Positions 1 through 10,349 are shown, counted from the stretch's first letter. The stretch is DNA of 64,000 nt from Spirochaetia bacterium (GCA_965203055.1 OZ241863.1:3520001-3584000), one strand, 5' to 3'. Numbers and translations are program-made. The notes: generated by a model not told the origin, from the letters alone.

Positions 1-526
<526 letters not shown>

Positions 527-546
527 CCGAGCGGCGACGCCGCCGG

Positions 547-945
547 TCAGCGCTTGGAGAACTGAAAGCGCCGGCGCGCCTTCGGCTGACCGTACTTCTT
601 CCGTTCCACCATCCGCCGGTCGCGGGTCAGCATGCCGTTGGCGCGCAGCGCCCGGCGATTGGTCTCGTCATGCCCCACCAGGGCGCGGGCCAGACCGTGG
701 CGGCAGGCGCCGGCCTGACCATGCGGACCGCCGCCGTTGACCCGGATCAGCACGTCGTAGGCGGACAGATTGTCGGTCACGTCGAGGGGTTCGATCACCT
801 CGCGCGCAAGATCTTCGGCCGGGAAGTAGTCACCGAGTTGACGGCCGTTCACCACGACCTTGCCGCTGCCGGCGCGCAGGTACACGCGCGCGACCGCGGT
901 CTTGCGGCGCCCGGTGCCGGCGCCCACGTTGATCGATGCGGTCAT
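547..945 (-). CDS. rpsI: 30S ribosomal protein S9
   Basis: [13 protein letters not shown]-terminal [19 protein letters not shown]. Confidence 0.98.
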   Translation of the reverse strand: MTASINVGAGTGRRKTAVARVYLRAGSGKVVVNGRQLGDYFPAEDLAREVIEPLDVTDNLSAYDVLIRVNGGGPHGQAGACRHGLARALVGHDETNRRALRANGMLTRDRRMVERKKYGQPKARRRFQFSKR

Positions 946-1379
946 AGGCTGAGTTCCTCCGGCTGCTGCGCGGCGTGCGGGTGGGTCGCGTCCGCATAGA
1001 TCTTGACGTTCCCGAACAGCTTGCGGCCCAGGCGCCCCTTGGGCAGCATCCCGCGCACCGCCTGCTCCATGGGAAAGCTCGGCTTGCGGGCGACCACCTT
1101 CTGGTAGCTCTCGGTCTTGAGCCCGCCCGGATAGCCGGAGTGGCGCACGTACTGCTTCTGCTCGACCTTCCGGCCGGTGAGCAGCGCGCGCCGGGCATTG
1201 ATCACGATCACGTGATCACCCACTTCCTGGTGCGGGGTGTAGTAAGGATGGTGCTTGCCGCGCAGCACCGCGGCGACGCGCGCCGCCACCCGGCCCAGGG
1301 GCCGGCCGCCGGCATCGATGACGTACCACTTGCGCGTCAGGTCGCGCGGGTTGAGAAACTGAGTATCCGATTGATCCAT
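942..1379 (-). CDS. rplM: 50S ribosomal protein L13
   Basis: [48 protein letters not shown] overlap with rpsI; start taken as ATG 1379. Confidence 0.97.
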   Translation of the reverse strand: MDQSDTQFLNPRDLTRKWYVIDAGGRPLGRVAARVAAVLRGKHHPYYTPHQEVGDHVIVINARRALLTGRKVEQKQYVRHSGYPGGLKTESYQKVVARKPSFPMEQAVRGMLPKGRLGRKLFGNVKIYADATHPHAAQQPEELSL

Positions 1380-1391
1380 GCGGGCCGGGCA

Positions 1392-1421
1392 AAGGTAGCG
1401 CCGGCCGCTACCCGCTGTCAA
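1392..1421 (-). promoter_or_regulatory. Sigma70-like promoter for rplM-rpsI
   Basis: TTGACA-18 nt-TACCTT on the minus strand, 12 nt before the rplM ATG. Confidence 0.5.
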
Positions 1422-1671
1422 CCGGCGTGGACTCGCCGGTCTGCTCCGCCTCGCGCCGCTCTTCCTCCTCTTCGCGCTTGGCTTCGACCTTGTCCTTGAG
1501 GTCCGCGATGCCGACGAAGAACGAAATCAGGCCGATGAACAGCGCCAGGATCGGGATGCCGCCCTTCAGGAACTCCAGCGCCTCATCCCACCACCCCGGC
1601 GACCAGGGCACCGCCAGCACGGAGTAGACGGCAAACAGGATGAGAACCAGCCCGATCAACAGCGCTACCAC
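1408..1671 (-). CDS. Small two-TM membrane protein with charged C-terminal tail
   Basis: Two hydrophobic segments, GAGGAG SD before GTG, upstream promoter. Confidence 0.8.
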   Translation of the reverse strand: MVALLIGLVLILFAVYSVLAVPWSPGWWDEALEFLKGGIPILALFIGLISFFVGIADLKDKVEAKREEEEERREAEQTGESTPVDSG

Positions 1672-1710
1672 AGCTCCTCCACAAACACCCGACTCGACCG
1701 CTCGCCCCTT

Positions 1711-1738
1711 ACGATACCCGCCACGGCGAACCTGTCAA
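1711..1738 (-). promoter_or_regulatory. Sigma70-like promoter
   Basis: TTGACA-16 nt-TATCGT on the minus strand. Confidence 0.5.
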
Positions 1739-1908
1739 CGGGCGGGTTGCGCGGTTGCGCGTTGCGCCCGCCTTGCGCCCGCCGGGGCTGCGGTCCGGCG
1801 CAGGACCGGTCCGGTTGACGCCGGTCCGGCGGGGGCGGCACATTCATACCATACCGGTTGGTGAGTCGGCGCGCCTGAACGCCCGGCGCCGGGCTGAGGA
1901 GAGAGTAG

Positions 1909-2613
1909 ATGGCGAATCGAGATTACAGTCTGAGTCAGATCTTCGCGCTGCGCGAAAACCGGATCCTGCGCAACGTGTACCTGTGGATGACGGGCGGCCT
2001 CGGCCTGACCGCGGTCATCGCCCTGGGAGTGTCCGGCAACGAGGCCCTGGTTCAGGGGCTGCTGCGCACTCCGGTGTTGTTCTACGGTCTGGTCATCGGC
2101 GAAGTGCTGCTGGTGATGTTCATTGCGGCGCGCATCACGCGGCTGAGTCCGACCGCCGCCACCGGCAGCTTCGTCCTGTACGCCGGGTTGAACGGCGTTA
2201 CCCTGTCGGTGCTGTTTCTCCTGTTCACCCAGCAGAGCATCGCGCTGGCCTTCCTGGTCGCCGCCGGCACGTTCGCGGGGACCAGCGCGTACGGCTTCGT
2301 CACCAAACGCGACCTGACCGGCGTCGGCCACTACGCCGGCATGGCGGTATGGGGAATCTTCCTCGCGCTGGTGGTCAACCTGTTTCTGCGCAGCGCGCTG
2401 TTCGACTATCTGGTGTCGCTGGTCGGCGTGGGGGTGTTCGTGGCGCTCACCGCCTACGACACGCAGGTGATCAAGCGCTGGAACGAGGAGGCGGGCGACC
2501 GCATGTCGGAGGACGACTTCGTGCGCTACTCCATTCTGGGCGCCCTCAAGCTGTACCTCGACTTCATCAACATCTTCCTGTTCCTGGTACGCCTGTTCGG
2601 CCAGCGCGACTGA
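1909..2613 (+). CDS. Bax inhibitor-1/YccA family membrane protein
   Basis: About 7 TM segments, LTAYDTQ and GALKLYLDFINIFLFL motifs; GAGGAG SD. Confidence 0.93.
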   Translation: MANRDYSLSQIFALRENRILRNVYLWMTGGLGLTAVIALGVSGNEALVQGLLRTPVLFYGLVIGEVLLVMFIAARITRLSPTAATGSFVLYAGLNGVTLSVLFLLFTQQSIALAFLVAAGTFAGTSAYGFVTKRDLTGVGHYAGMAVWGIFLALVVNLFLRSALFDYLVSLVGVGVFVALTAYDTQVIKRWNEEAGDRMSEDDFVRYSILGALKLYLDFINIFLFLVRLFGQRD

Positions 2614-2638
2614 CGAACCGCGGCCCGCGCCGGCGGCG

Positions 2639-3469
2639 CTAGCTTCCGGGATGGCGGGCGAACAGCCGGCGCAGCAGCGCCGCTTCCCCGCGACTGGCCT
2701 CCCCGGGGAGGATGCTCGGTCCGGGATAGCGCGGATTGAGCAGTACCCCGGCGGCGAGGAAGGCGGCAAACACCGCGCCGTGGCAGCGGGGCGGATAGTC
2801 GGCCAGCACGTAGATCCCGCTACGCCGCCAGCCGGGCGCGGTGCGCGGCCAGCACGAGGTCACGGCGCTGCGCTGCGCGGCCGTGCGCAGCAGGCGGCGC
2901 AGCGCGGCCGCGGCGCCGGCCAGCAACAACGGTGAGACCGGCGGCGCGCCGGGCGCCGGCTCGGGCGCGGCGCCGCGGGTGCTGACCGTCACCGGACCGG
3001 CGCCGGCGGCGAACGGCAGCCGGTGCAGCAATGCCGCCGGACCGTGCCTCAGCCACTCGCCGCCGGGCGGCTGCTCGCCGCACAGCGGCCGCCACCAGGC
3101 CGCCGGCGCGGCGTGCCACGCCGGCTCCAGCAGCGGGTCGGCCACCGGCAGCGGCTGCCCCGGGGCCAGGCCGAGCTGCCGGCGCAGCAGCCGGCGGGCG
3201 CCGGCGGGCGTCGCCGCAATGCCGAACCAGGCGTGGCCGGGCAGCGCCAGCCGCAGGGTACGCCGCAGCCGCGCCGCGTAGCTGCTCGGCAGGTTGGCGA
3301 GCAGCCCCCGTCCGAGCACGTTCTTCAGCTCCCGTCCCAGCAGCTCGGGCCGATGCCCCAGCAGCGCAGCGCCGCGGTCCAGGTACAGGTCGAGCAGGCG
3401 CCTCCCATCTTCGGTGTACAACCGGTAGCCGCGGGCGCGGCGTACGCGCGGCAGGGCCGGTTCAATCAT
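2639..3469 (-). CDS. Degenerate class-III aminotransferase-like protein
   Basis: N-terminal RARGYRLYTEDGRRLLDL...LLGH typical of the class III PLP enzyme N-terminus; the rest is short and divergent. Confidence 0.65.
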   Translation of the reverse strand: MIEPALPRVRRARGYRLYTEDGRRLLDLYLDRGAALLGHRPELLGRELKNVLGRGLLANLPSSYAARLRRTLRLALPGHAWFGIAATPAGARRLLRRQLGLAPGQPLPVADPLLEPAWHAAPAAWWRPLCGEQPPGGEWLRHGPAALLHRLPFAAGAGPVTVSTRGAAPEPAPGAPPVSPLLLAGAAAALRRLLRTAAQRSAVTSCWPRTAPGWRRSGIYVLADYPPRCHGAVFAAFLAAGVLLNPRYPGPSILPGEASRGEAALLRRLFARHPGS

Positions 3470-5642
3470 CGGCGGCAACCGGGTCGAGGTCGGCGTAGGC
3501 GGCGAAGAAGGCGGCGATCTTGCCGGAGCGGAAGCGCACCTCCAGGCGCCGCTCGCCGTTCTGGGTCCAGCACCGGGTAACCACGCCGACGCCGTAGTCG
3601 AGGTGCGCCACCCCCTGCCCCTCGCGCAGTCCCGCGGCGCCGCCCGCGCCGTCAGCTCCGTCAGCGCCGTCGCCGGTGACCTGGATGCACTCCGGCGGAA
3701 TCTCCGCCAGGAAGCGGCTCGGGTGCCGTTCGCGGGCGAACCCGAACGCCGCCCGGCGCCGGCACGAGGTAAGGTGCAGCACGTACCGCGCGCGCGTCAC
3801 CGCCACGTAGAACAACCTCCGCTCCTCCTCCTCTTCCTCCGGCGGCACCGCAAGGCGCGGCGCGGCCGGCTCGGTGGCGGGGAAGATCCCCTCCTCCAGA
3901 CCGGTGACGATCACCTGATCGAACTCCAGTCCCTTCGTGTTGTGGATGGTGATCAGGGTCACCGGCTCGACCGTCCCCGCCGCGGGCGCGGCGGCTTCCG
4001 CTTCGCCGGCGCCGGCCAGCCGCGCGTCCTGCAGAAAGGCGGCGACTCCGGCGGGGCCGCGGTCATACGCCGCGGTGGCGTTGACCAGCTCCTCCAGGTT
4101 CAGGACGCGGCCGGTGCGCTCCGCCTGGTCCTGCGCCAGCACCTGCGCGTAGAGGCCGGAGCGGTCGAGGATGGTGCGCATCAGTTCCGCCACGCTGGCC
4201 GCGGCGTAGCTCCGGCGCAGATCGCCCAGCAGCTCGGCAAAGCCGGCCAGGGCGCTTCCCGCCTGGCCGCGGACGGTCCCGGCCAGGCGGCCGGCAGCCG
4301 CGATCAGGTCCTCCCCGGCGGCGGCCGCCGCGGCCGCCACCCGGGCCACGGTCTTTTCGCCGAGGCCGCGCCGCGGCTTGCCGGCGGCGCGCAGGAACGC
4401 CACCTCGTCGCGCGGATTGTACAACAGCCCCAGGTAGGCCAGCGCGTCCTTTACCTCCTCGCGCTCGTAGAAGCGCACGGTGCCCACCACGCGGTAGGGG
4501 ATGCGCAGGGTCTGAAACAACGTTTCGAAGGTGCGCGACTGGAAGTTCATGCGGTACAGGATCGCGCTCGAGGCGGTGGGACGGTCGCGAATCAACTGCG
4601 CGCAGTGGCGCGCTTCCTCCTCGGGGTCGGCCAGACAGGTCACGGTCGGCAAGTCGCCTTGATCCTGCTCCGTCCACAGCGTCTTGCCCATCCGCCGGCG
4701 ATTGTGACTGACCACGGCCGCAGCGAGATCCAGAATGGCGCCCGTGGAGCGGTAGTTCTGCTCCAGGCGCACCACCTCGGTGCCGGCGAAGCGCTGGGGA
4801 AAGGTCAGGAACCCGTCCACGTCCGCGCCGCGAAAGCGGTAGATCGACTGGTCATCGTCGCCCACCACGCACAGGTAGTTGGGCGCTTCGTGCAACTCCC
4901 GGAGGAGCTCGAACTGGGCGTGGTTGGCGTCCTGAAACTCATCCACCAGCACCACGCGAAACCGCTGCCGCACCTGCGCGCGCGCCTCCGGGTGGTTCTT
5001 CAGCAGGGACAGCGGAAGCAGGATCAGATCGCCGAAGTCGGCGGCGTTCAGCTCCGCCAGACGGGCCTGATAGCGGGCGTAGATGCGCTCCATGGGAAAC
5101 GGCGAACGGCGCAGCGCCGACAGCTCGGCGTCCGGTCCGAGCCCGCGGTTCTTGGCGGTGGTGATCCAGGCCGCCATGTCGCGGATGTCGCCGGGGAGAT
5201 ACTGCTCCTCCTCCTCGGCCACCAGCCGGCGGAGCACCTGGCGGGTATCGCCGTCGTCGTAGATCGACAGCCGCTGCGGATCGAACCCCAGACGGTCGCC
5301 GTAGACGCGCAGCAGCCAGGCGCCGAAGGCGTGGAAGGTGCGCACCATCACCCGGCGCCCGGCGTCGGCGCGGCCGCAGGCGGCCACCAGCCGGTGGATG
5401 CGGGAGCGCATCTCGGCGGCCGCCTTGTTGGTGAACGTGACGGCGAGCACGTGGCTCGCCGCTACCGCTTCCGTGGCAATGAGGTGCGCCACCTTGGTGG
5501 TAATCACGCGCGTCTTGCCCGAACCCGCGCCGGCCAGGATGAGAAGCGGCGAACCGCCGTGCAGCACCGCTTCCCGCTGCCGGTCATTCAACTGATCCAG
5601 GTCCACTCCGCGACCTGGGGCGGCAGCGGCGCCCGGCGTCAT
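3462..5642 (-). CDS. uvrD: UvrD/PcrA ATP-dependent DNA helicase
   Basis: AGAGSGKT, VTFTNKAA, LVDEFQD, VGDDDQSIY, LEQNYRS, TIHNTKGLEF, EERRLFYVAVTRA, C-terminal Tudor-like tail. Confidence 0.95.
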   Translation of the reverse strand: MTPGAAAAPGRGVDLDQLNDRQREAVLHGGSPLLILAGAGSGKTRVITTKVAHLIATEAVAASHVLAVTFTNKAAAEMRSRIHRLVAACGRADAGRRVMVRTFHAFGAWLLRVYGDRLGFDPQRLSIYDDGDTRQVLRRLVAEEEEQYLPGDIRDMAAWITTAKNRGLGPDAELSALRRSPFPMERIYARYQARLAELNAADFGDLILLPLSLLKNHPEARAQVRQRFRVVLVDEFQDANHAQFELLRELHEAPNYLCVVGDDDQSIYRFRGADVDGFLTFPQRFAGTEVVRLEQNYRSTGAILDLAAAVVSHNRRRMGKTLWTEQDQGDLPTVTCLADPEEEARHCAQLIRDRPTASSAILYRMNFQSRTFETLFQTLRIPYRVVGTVRFYEREEVKDALAYLGLLYNPRDEVAFLRAAGKPRRGLGEKTVARVAAAAAAAGEDLIAAAGRLAGTVRGQAGSALAGFAELLGDLRRSYAAASVAELMRTILDRSGLYAQVLAQDQAERTGRVLNLEELVNATAAYDRGPAGVAAFLQDARLAGAGEAEAAAPAAGTVEPVTLITIHNTKGLEFDQVIVTGLEEGIFPATEPAAPRLAVPPEEEEEERRLFYVAVTRARYVLHLTSCRRRAAFGFARERHPSRFLAEIPPECIQVTGDGADGADGAGGAAGLREGQGVAHLDYGVGVVTRCWTQNGERRLEVRFRSGKIAAFFAAYADLDPVAADD

Positions 5643-6397
5643 TACTCCTCCGACTCGAACAGAAAGTCGTGGTAGACGTTGGCGGAGGGCGGCGCTTCAT
5701 AGTCGAAGCGCCCGTCCGGGATGTTCTGATTGGTGCGGATGTCGAGGAAATCGAGACGATGCACCTCGAATCCCACGGTGACGCCGGTAATCCGGCGAAT
5801 CAGGTGATTGGGGGACACGGCTATCTCGAGTTGCCGGAAGCCCTCGGTGGTGGCGCGGCTGGTGAGCTTGAGCTTGACGACCAGCTCGCCCGAACCCGGC
5901 TCCAGGGGCACCGGGGCCGGCTCCTCCAGGTAGGCGATGGCATAGTTGCTCTGCAGAAAGTGGAGGCCCCGGCGGCTCGCCAGGCCGGCGACGTTGCCGC
6001 GATTGCGCAGGCGCTGCTCGAAGATTACCTCCAGCCTGGGATAGTACACCGTCAACAGCGAACCGTCGCTGACGAGGACCTGCCCCGCCGGCTGCGAGAA
6101 GTCGATTCGCAACAGGTTGGGATGCTTGTAGGAGAGCGCCCCCTCCATCACCGCGCCGCCCTGGGTGATGCGAATGTCAGCCTGATAGTCGACGATGCCG
6201 CGGTAGGCGGCGGACACCGTCTCGAAGAAGCTCTCCGCGGTGACCACCTCCTGAGCGGTTCCCGGCAGCGCGGCCAGCCACAGCGCGACGCCCACCGCCG
6301 CCGGCAACAGTCGCGCCCGGCCGCCGGCGGCAGCAGAAGGACAGCCGGTCTTGCGCAGCCCGGCGGGCGCGCTTGCCATCTGGCCGCTCCCGGTCAT
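5642..6397 (-). CDS. lolA: Outer-membrane lipoprotein carrier LolA family (start uncertain)
   Basis: Signal peptide, YKHPNLLRIDF..P.GQVLVSDG.LL.VY.P, C-terminal FDYEAPPSANV. Confidence 0.8.
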   Translation of the reverse strand: MTGSGQMASAPAGLRKTGCPSAAAGGRARLLPAAVGVALWLAALPGTAQEVVTAESFFETVSAAYRGIVDYQADIRITQGGAVMEGALSYKHPNLLRIDFSQPAGQVLVSDGSLLTVYYPRLEVIFEQRLRNRGNVAGLASRRGLHFLQSNYAIAYLEEPAPVPLEPGSGELVVKLKLTSRATTEGFRQLEIAVSPNHLIRRITGVTVGFEVHRLDFLDIRTNQNIPDGRFDYEAPPSANVYHDFLFESEE

Positions 6398-6471
6398 CGG
6401 CGCGCCGGTCAGCGGCGGCGCCGCTGCCGGCCCACTAGAACCGCGCCCGCAGGCCGCCCGCCGTCCGCTGC

Positions 6472-7230
6472 CTAGTCATCGTCCGCCTTGGTCATGTCGC
6501 GGATGCGGTCGCGGAGTTGAGCGGCTCGCTCGTACTCCTCATTGCTGACCGCGTTGCGCAGCTCGTGGCGCAACCGGTCGACCGGCGGGCGCATCTTCCT
6601 GGTCTTGAATTCGCGGAGCGCGGCGCGCAGGTACTGCAACGACCGCACCCGTTCGAAGTGGAACGTCGGCGTGTCCACTTCGGGCAGGCGGCGAACGTTT
6701 TCGATAGCCTGTTCCATCACCTCGCAGGCCTGGGGGCTCTGGCCCTCGCCAAGCAGCACCATGGCGCGGGCCGCGGCGTTCATCCGCAAGATATAGGGAC
6801 GGAACTGGAGAATGTCGTTCTTGTCGTCACGGTGGGCGTACCGCTCGACGATCTCGCAGATCTTGAGGTTGTGATCGGTGTCCATCGAGGTACGCTCGTA
6901 GTCGCCGATCTGAAACAGGATGTAGTAGCGGTAGTAGTAGAGCACGCCCTCGTTCTGCAGCAGCGCGAAGTCGTCGCGATCGATCTTGAACCCGGCGTCG
7001 TTGCCATGGCGGTGGAGGTAGGCGGACAGGCGATCGTTCACCTCATCGAGTATGCTCTCCTTCCCGAACGGGACGTCGCCATCGGGCCGCCCGTCCAATT
7101 CGTACTGTTCGATGCCAAGCGGCTGCCGCACCTGCAGCACTTCGCGGCCATCGCGCGCCTGCACCACGCGGTACTGGTCGTCAGGGTCGAACTCCCAGTC
7201 GCTGAGAATGTCGGTAATGTCAATGCTCAT
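6472..7230 (-). CDS. UvrB/UvrC-motif-containing protein
   Basis: C-terminal LRNAVSNEEYERAAQLRDRIR UVR motif; N-terminal LGIEQYELDGRPDG. Confidence 0.85.
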   Translation of the reverse strand: MSIDITDILSDWEFDPDDQYRVVQARDGREVLQVRQPLGIEQYELDGRPDGDVPFGKESILDEVNDRLSAYLHRHGNDAGFKIDRDDFALLQNEGVLYYYRYYILFQIGDYERTSMDTDHNLKICEIVERYAHRDDKNDILQFRPYILRMNAAARAMVLLGEGQSPQACEVMEQAIENVRRLPEVDTPTFHFERVRSLQYLRAALREFKTRKMRPPVDRLRHELRNAVSNEEYERAAQLRDRIRDMTKADDD

Positions 7231-7291
7231 AGCTGCTCATTCAGGCAGTGGCCGCGTTCAATATAGCCCGGCGGCGGGAGCGGAACAACAT

Positions 7292-8284
7292 TCATCGCCG
7301 CGGCGGGGCGGCCGGGCGCGGCGTCCTGCCCCGCGCCGCTTCCGGATTGACCGCCGATTCCACCTCGCCGGCAGTCAGATAGCGTCCGATCCGGTTGGCG
7401 GCCATGAGCGCCACGTTGAGTTGGGCCTCATGCGACAGCGCCCCGACGTGGGGCGTGGCGATGACCTGCGGGTGGCGGGCAATCGCCAGGTCGCCCGGCG
7501 GCTCGCGGGAGTACACGTCCAGCGCCGCGCCGGCTACCGCGCCCTGCTCCAGCCCGGCGAGCAGCGCCGCTTCGTCGATCACGCCCCCGCGCGAACAGTT
7601 GAGCAGGTAGACCCCGCGCTTCATGCGGGCGATCTCCGCAGCCCCGATCAAGCCCCGCGACGCCGCGGTCAGCGGCGTGTGCACGCTGATGAAGTCCGAC
7701 TCCGCCAGCAGGGCGGCGAACGGTACCAGGGTGATGCCGTGCTCGGCCGCCAACTGCGGGGACACGTAGGGATCGTGGGCCGCGACGCGCATTCCGAACG
7801 CGGCGGCCGAACGGGCCACCAGCCGCCCTACGTTGCCGATGCCGACGATGCCCAGAGACTTGCCCAGAAGCTGGACGCCGCGAAACCGGGAACGTTCCCA
7901 GCGGCCCGCCTTGACCGACGCGGCGGCGGCGGGGATGCGGCGCGCCAGCGCGAACAGCAGGCCGACCGTGAGCTCGGCGGCGGCCTGGGCGTTGGCGCCG
8001 GGCGTGTTCATCACCAGCACCCCGCGTTCGGTGGCAGCCGCTACGTCGATGTTGTCCACTCCCGCCCCGGCGCGGGCGATCACCCGCAGTTCCGCCGCCG
8101 ACTCGATTACCGCGCGGGTGACGCCGGTCTGGGAGCGCACCAGCAGCGCCGCGCAGCAGGCGGCCGCGCGGCGCAGCTCATCGGGGGTCAGGCCGTAGCG
8201 CTCCACCACCTCGAGGCCGGGGTAGCTGCGCAGTTCCCGCACCCCTTCCGGGGCGATTGGCTCGGCTACCAGCACGCGTTGCAT
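7292..8284 (-). CDS. D-isomer 2-hydroxyacid dehydrogenase (SerA-like, no ACT domain)
   Basis: ARAGAGVDNID, GIVGIGNVG, SVHTPLT, LNCSRGG, ALDVY, TPHVGA. Confidence 0.9.
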   Translation of the reverse strand: MQRVLVAEPIAPEGVRELRSYPGLEVVERYGLTPDELRRAAACCAALLVRSQTGVTRAVIESAAELRVIARAGAGVDNIDVAAATERGVLVMNTPGANAQAAAELTVGLLFALARRIPAAAASVKAGRWERSRFRGVQLLGKSLGIVGIGNVGRLVARSAAAFGMRVAAHDPYVSPQLAAEHGITLVPFAALLAESDFISVHTPLTAASRGLIGAAEIARMKRGVYLLNCSRGGVIDEAALLAGLEQGAVAGAALDVYSREPPGDLAIARHPQVIATPHVGALSHEAQLNVALMAANRIGRYLTAGEVESAVNPEAARGRTPRPAAPPRR

Positions 8285-8422
8285 GTGGCCTCTGGTATAG
8301 ACAACCACGCCGAAAGCATCAAGCCGGCGGCGGCGGGCCGGGACCGCGCCGGAGCCGCGCCGGCCCGATCCGGGCAAGCGCCGCGGTTGCCGGGGGCACC
8401 GGCGCCGGATAAGGTGGGCGCC

Positions 8423-9115
8423 GTGCCGAACGTGTGGATCATTTCACTTGGCGGGTCGCTCATTGCCCCCGGCGAGGTCAACCTGGAATTCCTGGCGGGA
8501 TTCTGCGCCGCGGTGAAGAGCCAGGTCGCCGCCCACCCCGAGCGGCGCTTCGTCGTGGTGTGCGGCGGCGGGGAGCCGGCGCGGCGCTATCAGGCAGCCT
8601 ATTGGGCGCTGGCCGACCACGCTACCGACGCGGCCGCCGATTGGGTGGGAATCGCCGCTACCCGGCTCAACGCCGAGCTGCTCAAGCAACTGTTCGCCGA
8701 TCTGGCGCCGGATGAGGTGGTGACCGATCCCACCACCGTCACCGAGCTGCGCGCGCCGGTGCTGGTGGCGGCGGGCTGGAAGCCGGGCTTTTCCCACGAC
8801 TACGACGCCGTGCTGATCGCCGAACGGCTCGGCGCCCGCCGCCTCGTCAAACTCTCCGACGCCGGCGGCATCCGCAACGCCGACCCGCGCCTCGATCGCC
8901 GCGCGCGCGCGTTCGACCGCCTGTCCTGGGCCGGGCTGCAGCGCCTCACCGGAAACACTTGGGCGCCGGGCTTCCGCGCCCCGTTCGACCCGATCGCCAC
9001 CGCCCGCGCCGGCGCCCTGAAGCTGACCCTGGTGGTCACCGGCAGTGACCTCGCCAACCTGCACCGCATCATCGACGGCGAGTCATTCTCCGGCACCACC
9101 GTCGGCCCCCGGTAG
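8423..9115 (+). CDS. pyrH: UMP kinase, archaeal type
   Basis: IISLGGSLIAP, VVCGGG..ARRYQ, DWVGIAATRLNA, GWKPGFSHDYDA, APFDPIA. Confidence 0.88.
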   Translation: MPNVWIISLGGSLIAPGEVNLEFLAGFCAAVKSQVAAHPERRFVVVCGGGEPARRYQAAYWALADHATDAAADWVGIAATRLNAELLKQLFADLAPDEVVTDPTTVTELRAPVLVAAGWKPGFSHDYDAVLIAERLGARRLVKLSDAGGIRNADPRLDRRARAFDRLSWAGLQRLTGNTWAPGFRAPFDPIATARAGALKLTLVVTGSDLANLHRIIDGESFSGTTVGPR

Positions 9116-9133
9116 CCGGCCCACCGTCCGCGT

Positions 9134-9259
9134 TCACGCCTGCAGTTCGGCCAGCAGCTCCCCGAGCAGCTCCATGCCGGCGCCCCAACCCTTGTCCATG
9201 CCGGGCAGCGCGGCCGCGAAGCCGGCGGTCTCGGCCGCGCTCGCCTCATGCGGCGCACG
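9134..9259 (-). pseudogene. 3' remnant of a probable SRPBCC/AHSA1-domain gene
   Basis: Minus frame reads PHEASAAETAGFAAALPGMDKGWGAGMELLGELLAELQA*, resembling the SRPBCC C-terminal helix; bounded upstream by an in-frame TGA. Confidence 0.55.
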
Positions 9260-9338
9260 TCACCACCGCGAGCACGGCGCCGCCAAAAGCACCGCAGACG
9301 CAGCGCCGTTGTAGGGGCGGAGGAGAGAATGTCACCGA

Positions 9339-10349
9339 ATGTCACCGCCCCTGCATCAGCCCCACGATCACCTGTTCCGCCTAGTGTTCGCCGACCCCGA
9401 GGAGACCGCCGCCTTCCTCCGCGCCCGCCTGCCGAAGTCCCACCAGCGCGGCTTCGTCTGGTCCTCCCTGCGCCGGTCCCCAGGCTCGTTCATCGACCAG
9501 GAGCTGCGCGACTCCGTCACCGATCTGCTATTCGAGGTGCGCAGCGCCGCCGCGGCGCCGCGGCAGTGGCTCTACCTGCTGTTCGAACATCAGTCCCAGC
9601 CCGACCGCTGGATCACGCTGCGCCTGCTGCGCTACTGCTGCCGCATCTGGGAGGCCGACCGCCGCGACTTCCCCGACGAGCAGTACCTGCGCCCGGTGCT
9701 GCCGCTGGTGTTCTACCAGGGCGAGCACCACTGGCACTACGCCATCGAACTGGCCGAGTCCTTCCCCCCGGCGCTGCGCGGCCAGCCGTGGGTGCCGCGC
9801 TTCTCCCCGCTGCTGCTGGACCAGACCCGGATGGCGCCGGCGGCGGTGGCCGGGGAACTGCTCGGGCGGTTGCTGCAACTGGCGATGATGCACACCTTCA
9901 AGCAGGAGCTGGGGGATGCGCGAAAGCGGATCGCGCCGCTGCTGTGGGAGTTGCAGCGGAAGCCGACGCACGGCGGGGTGGATTACTATCAAGCGTTCAT
10001 GGAGTACATTGTGAAGACCGGGCCGGCGGACACGCTGGAAGCGCTGGGTGAGCTGCTGCGGCGCCTGGCACCGGAACTGAGAGGTGATCTGATGACCTGT
10101 GGCGAGATTCTGCGCCGGGAAGGCCGGCTGGAAGGCGAGTTGAAGGGACGCCAAGAAGGTGAGTTGAAAGGGCGCCAGGAAGGTGAGTTGAAGGGCCGCC
10201 AGGAAGGCCGGCTGGAGACCATCGAAGGGTTCCTGCGGGCCGGAATCAAGTGGCCGGTAATCCAATCCGCCACCGGCATCGACGAGCACACCTACCGCAC
10301 CCTCAAACGCGACGCCCCCAACGGCACGGAGCAGACCGCGCCGCGCTAA
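9339..10349 (+). CDS. Rpn/YhgA-like recombination-promoting nuclease (PD-(D/E)XK), copy 1
   Basis: HQPHDHLFR, SFID, TDLLFEV, YLLFEHQS, VLPLVFYQG; C-terminal EG repeats. Confidence 0.93.
   Translation: MSPPLHQPHDHLFRLVFADPEETAAFLRARLPKSHQRGFVWSSLRRSPGSFIDQELRDSVTDLLFEVRSAAAAPRQWLYLLFEHQSQPDRWITLRLLRYCCRIWEADRRDFPDEQYLRPVLPLVFYQGEHHWHYAIELAESFPPALRGQPWVPRFSPLLLDQTRMAPAAVAGELLGRLLQLAMMHTFKQELGDARKRIAPLLWELQRKPTHGGVDYYQAFMEYIVKTGPADTLEALGELLRRLAPELRGDLMTCGEILRREGRLEGELKGRQEGELKGRQEGELKGRQEGRLETIEGFLRAGIKWPVIQSATGIDEHTYRTLKRDAPNGTEQTAPR
10092..10349 (+). CDS. Putative internally initiated small antitoxin (RpnS-like), copy 1
   Basis: GAGGTG SD (10081-10086) 5 nt before an in-frame ATG giving MTCGEILRREG..., 85 aa. 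Confidence 0.65.
   Translation: MTCGEILRREGRLEGELKGRQEGELKGRQEGELKGRQEGRLETIEGFLRAGIKWPVIQSATGIDEHTYRTLKRDAPNGTEQTAPR
10131..10208 (+). repeat. 24-bp tandem repeat x3 encoding EGELKGRQ
   Basis: gaaggcgagttgaagggacgccaa / gaaggtgagttgaaagggcgccag / gaaggtgagttgaagggccgccag. Confidence 0.9.
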
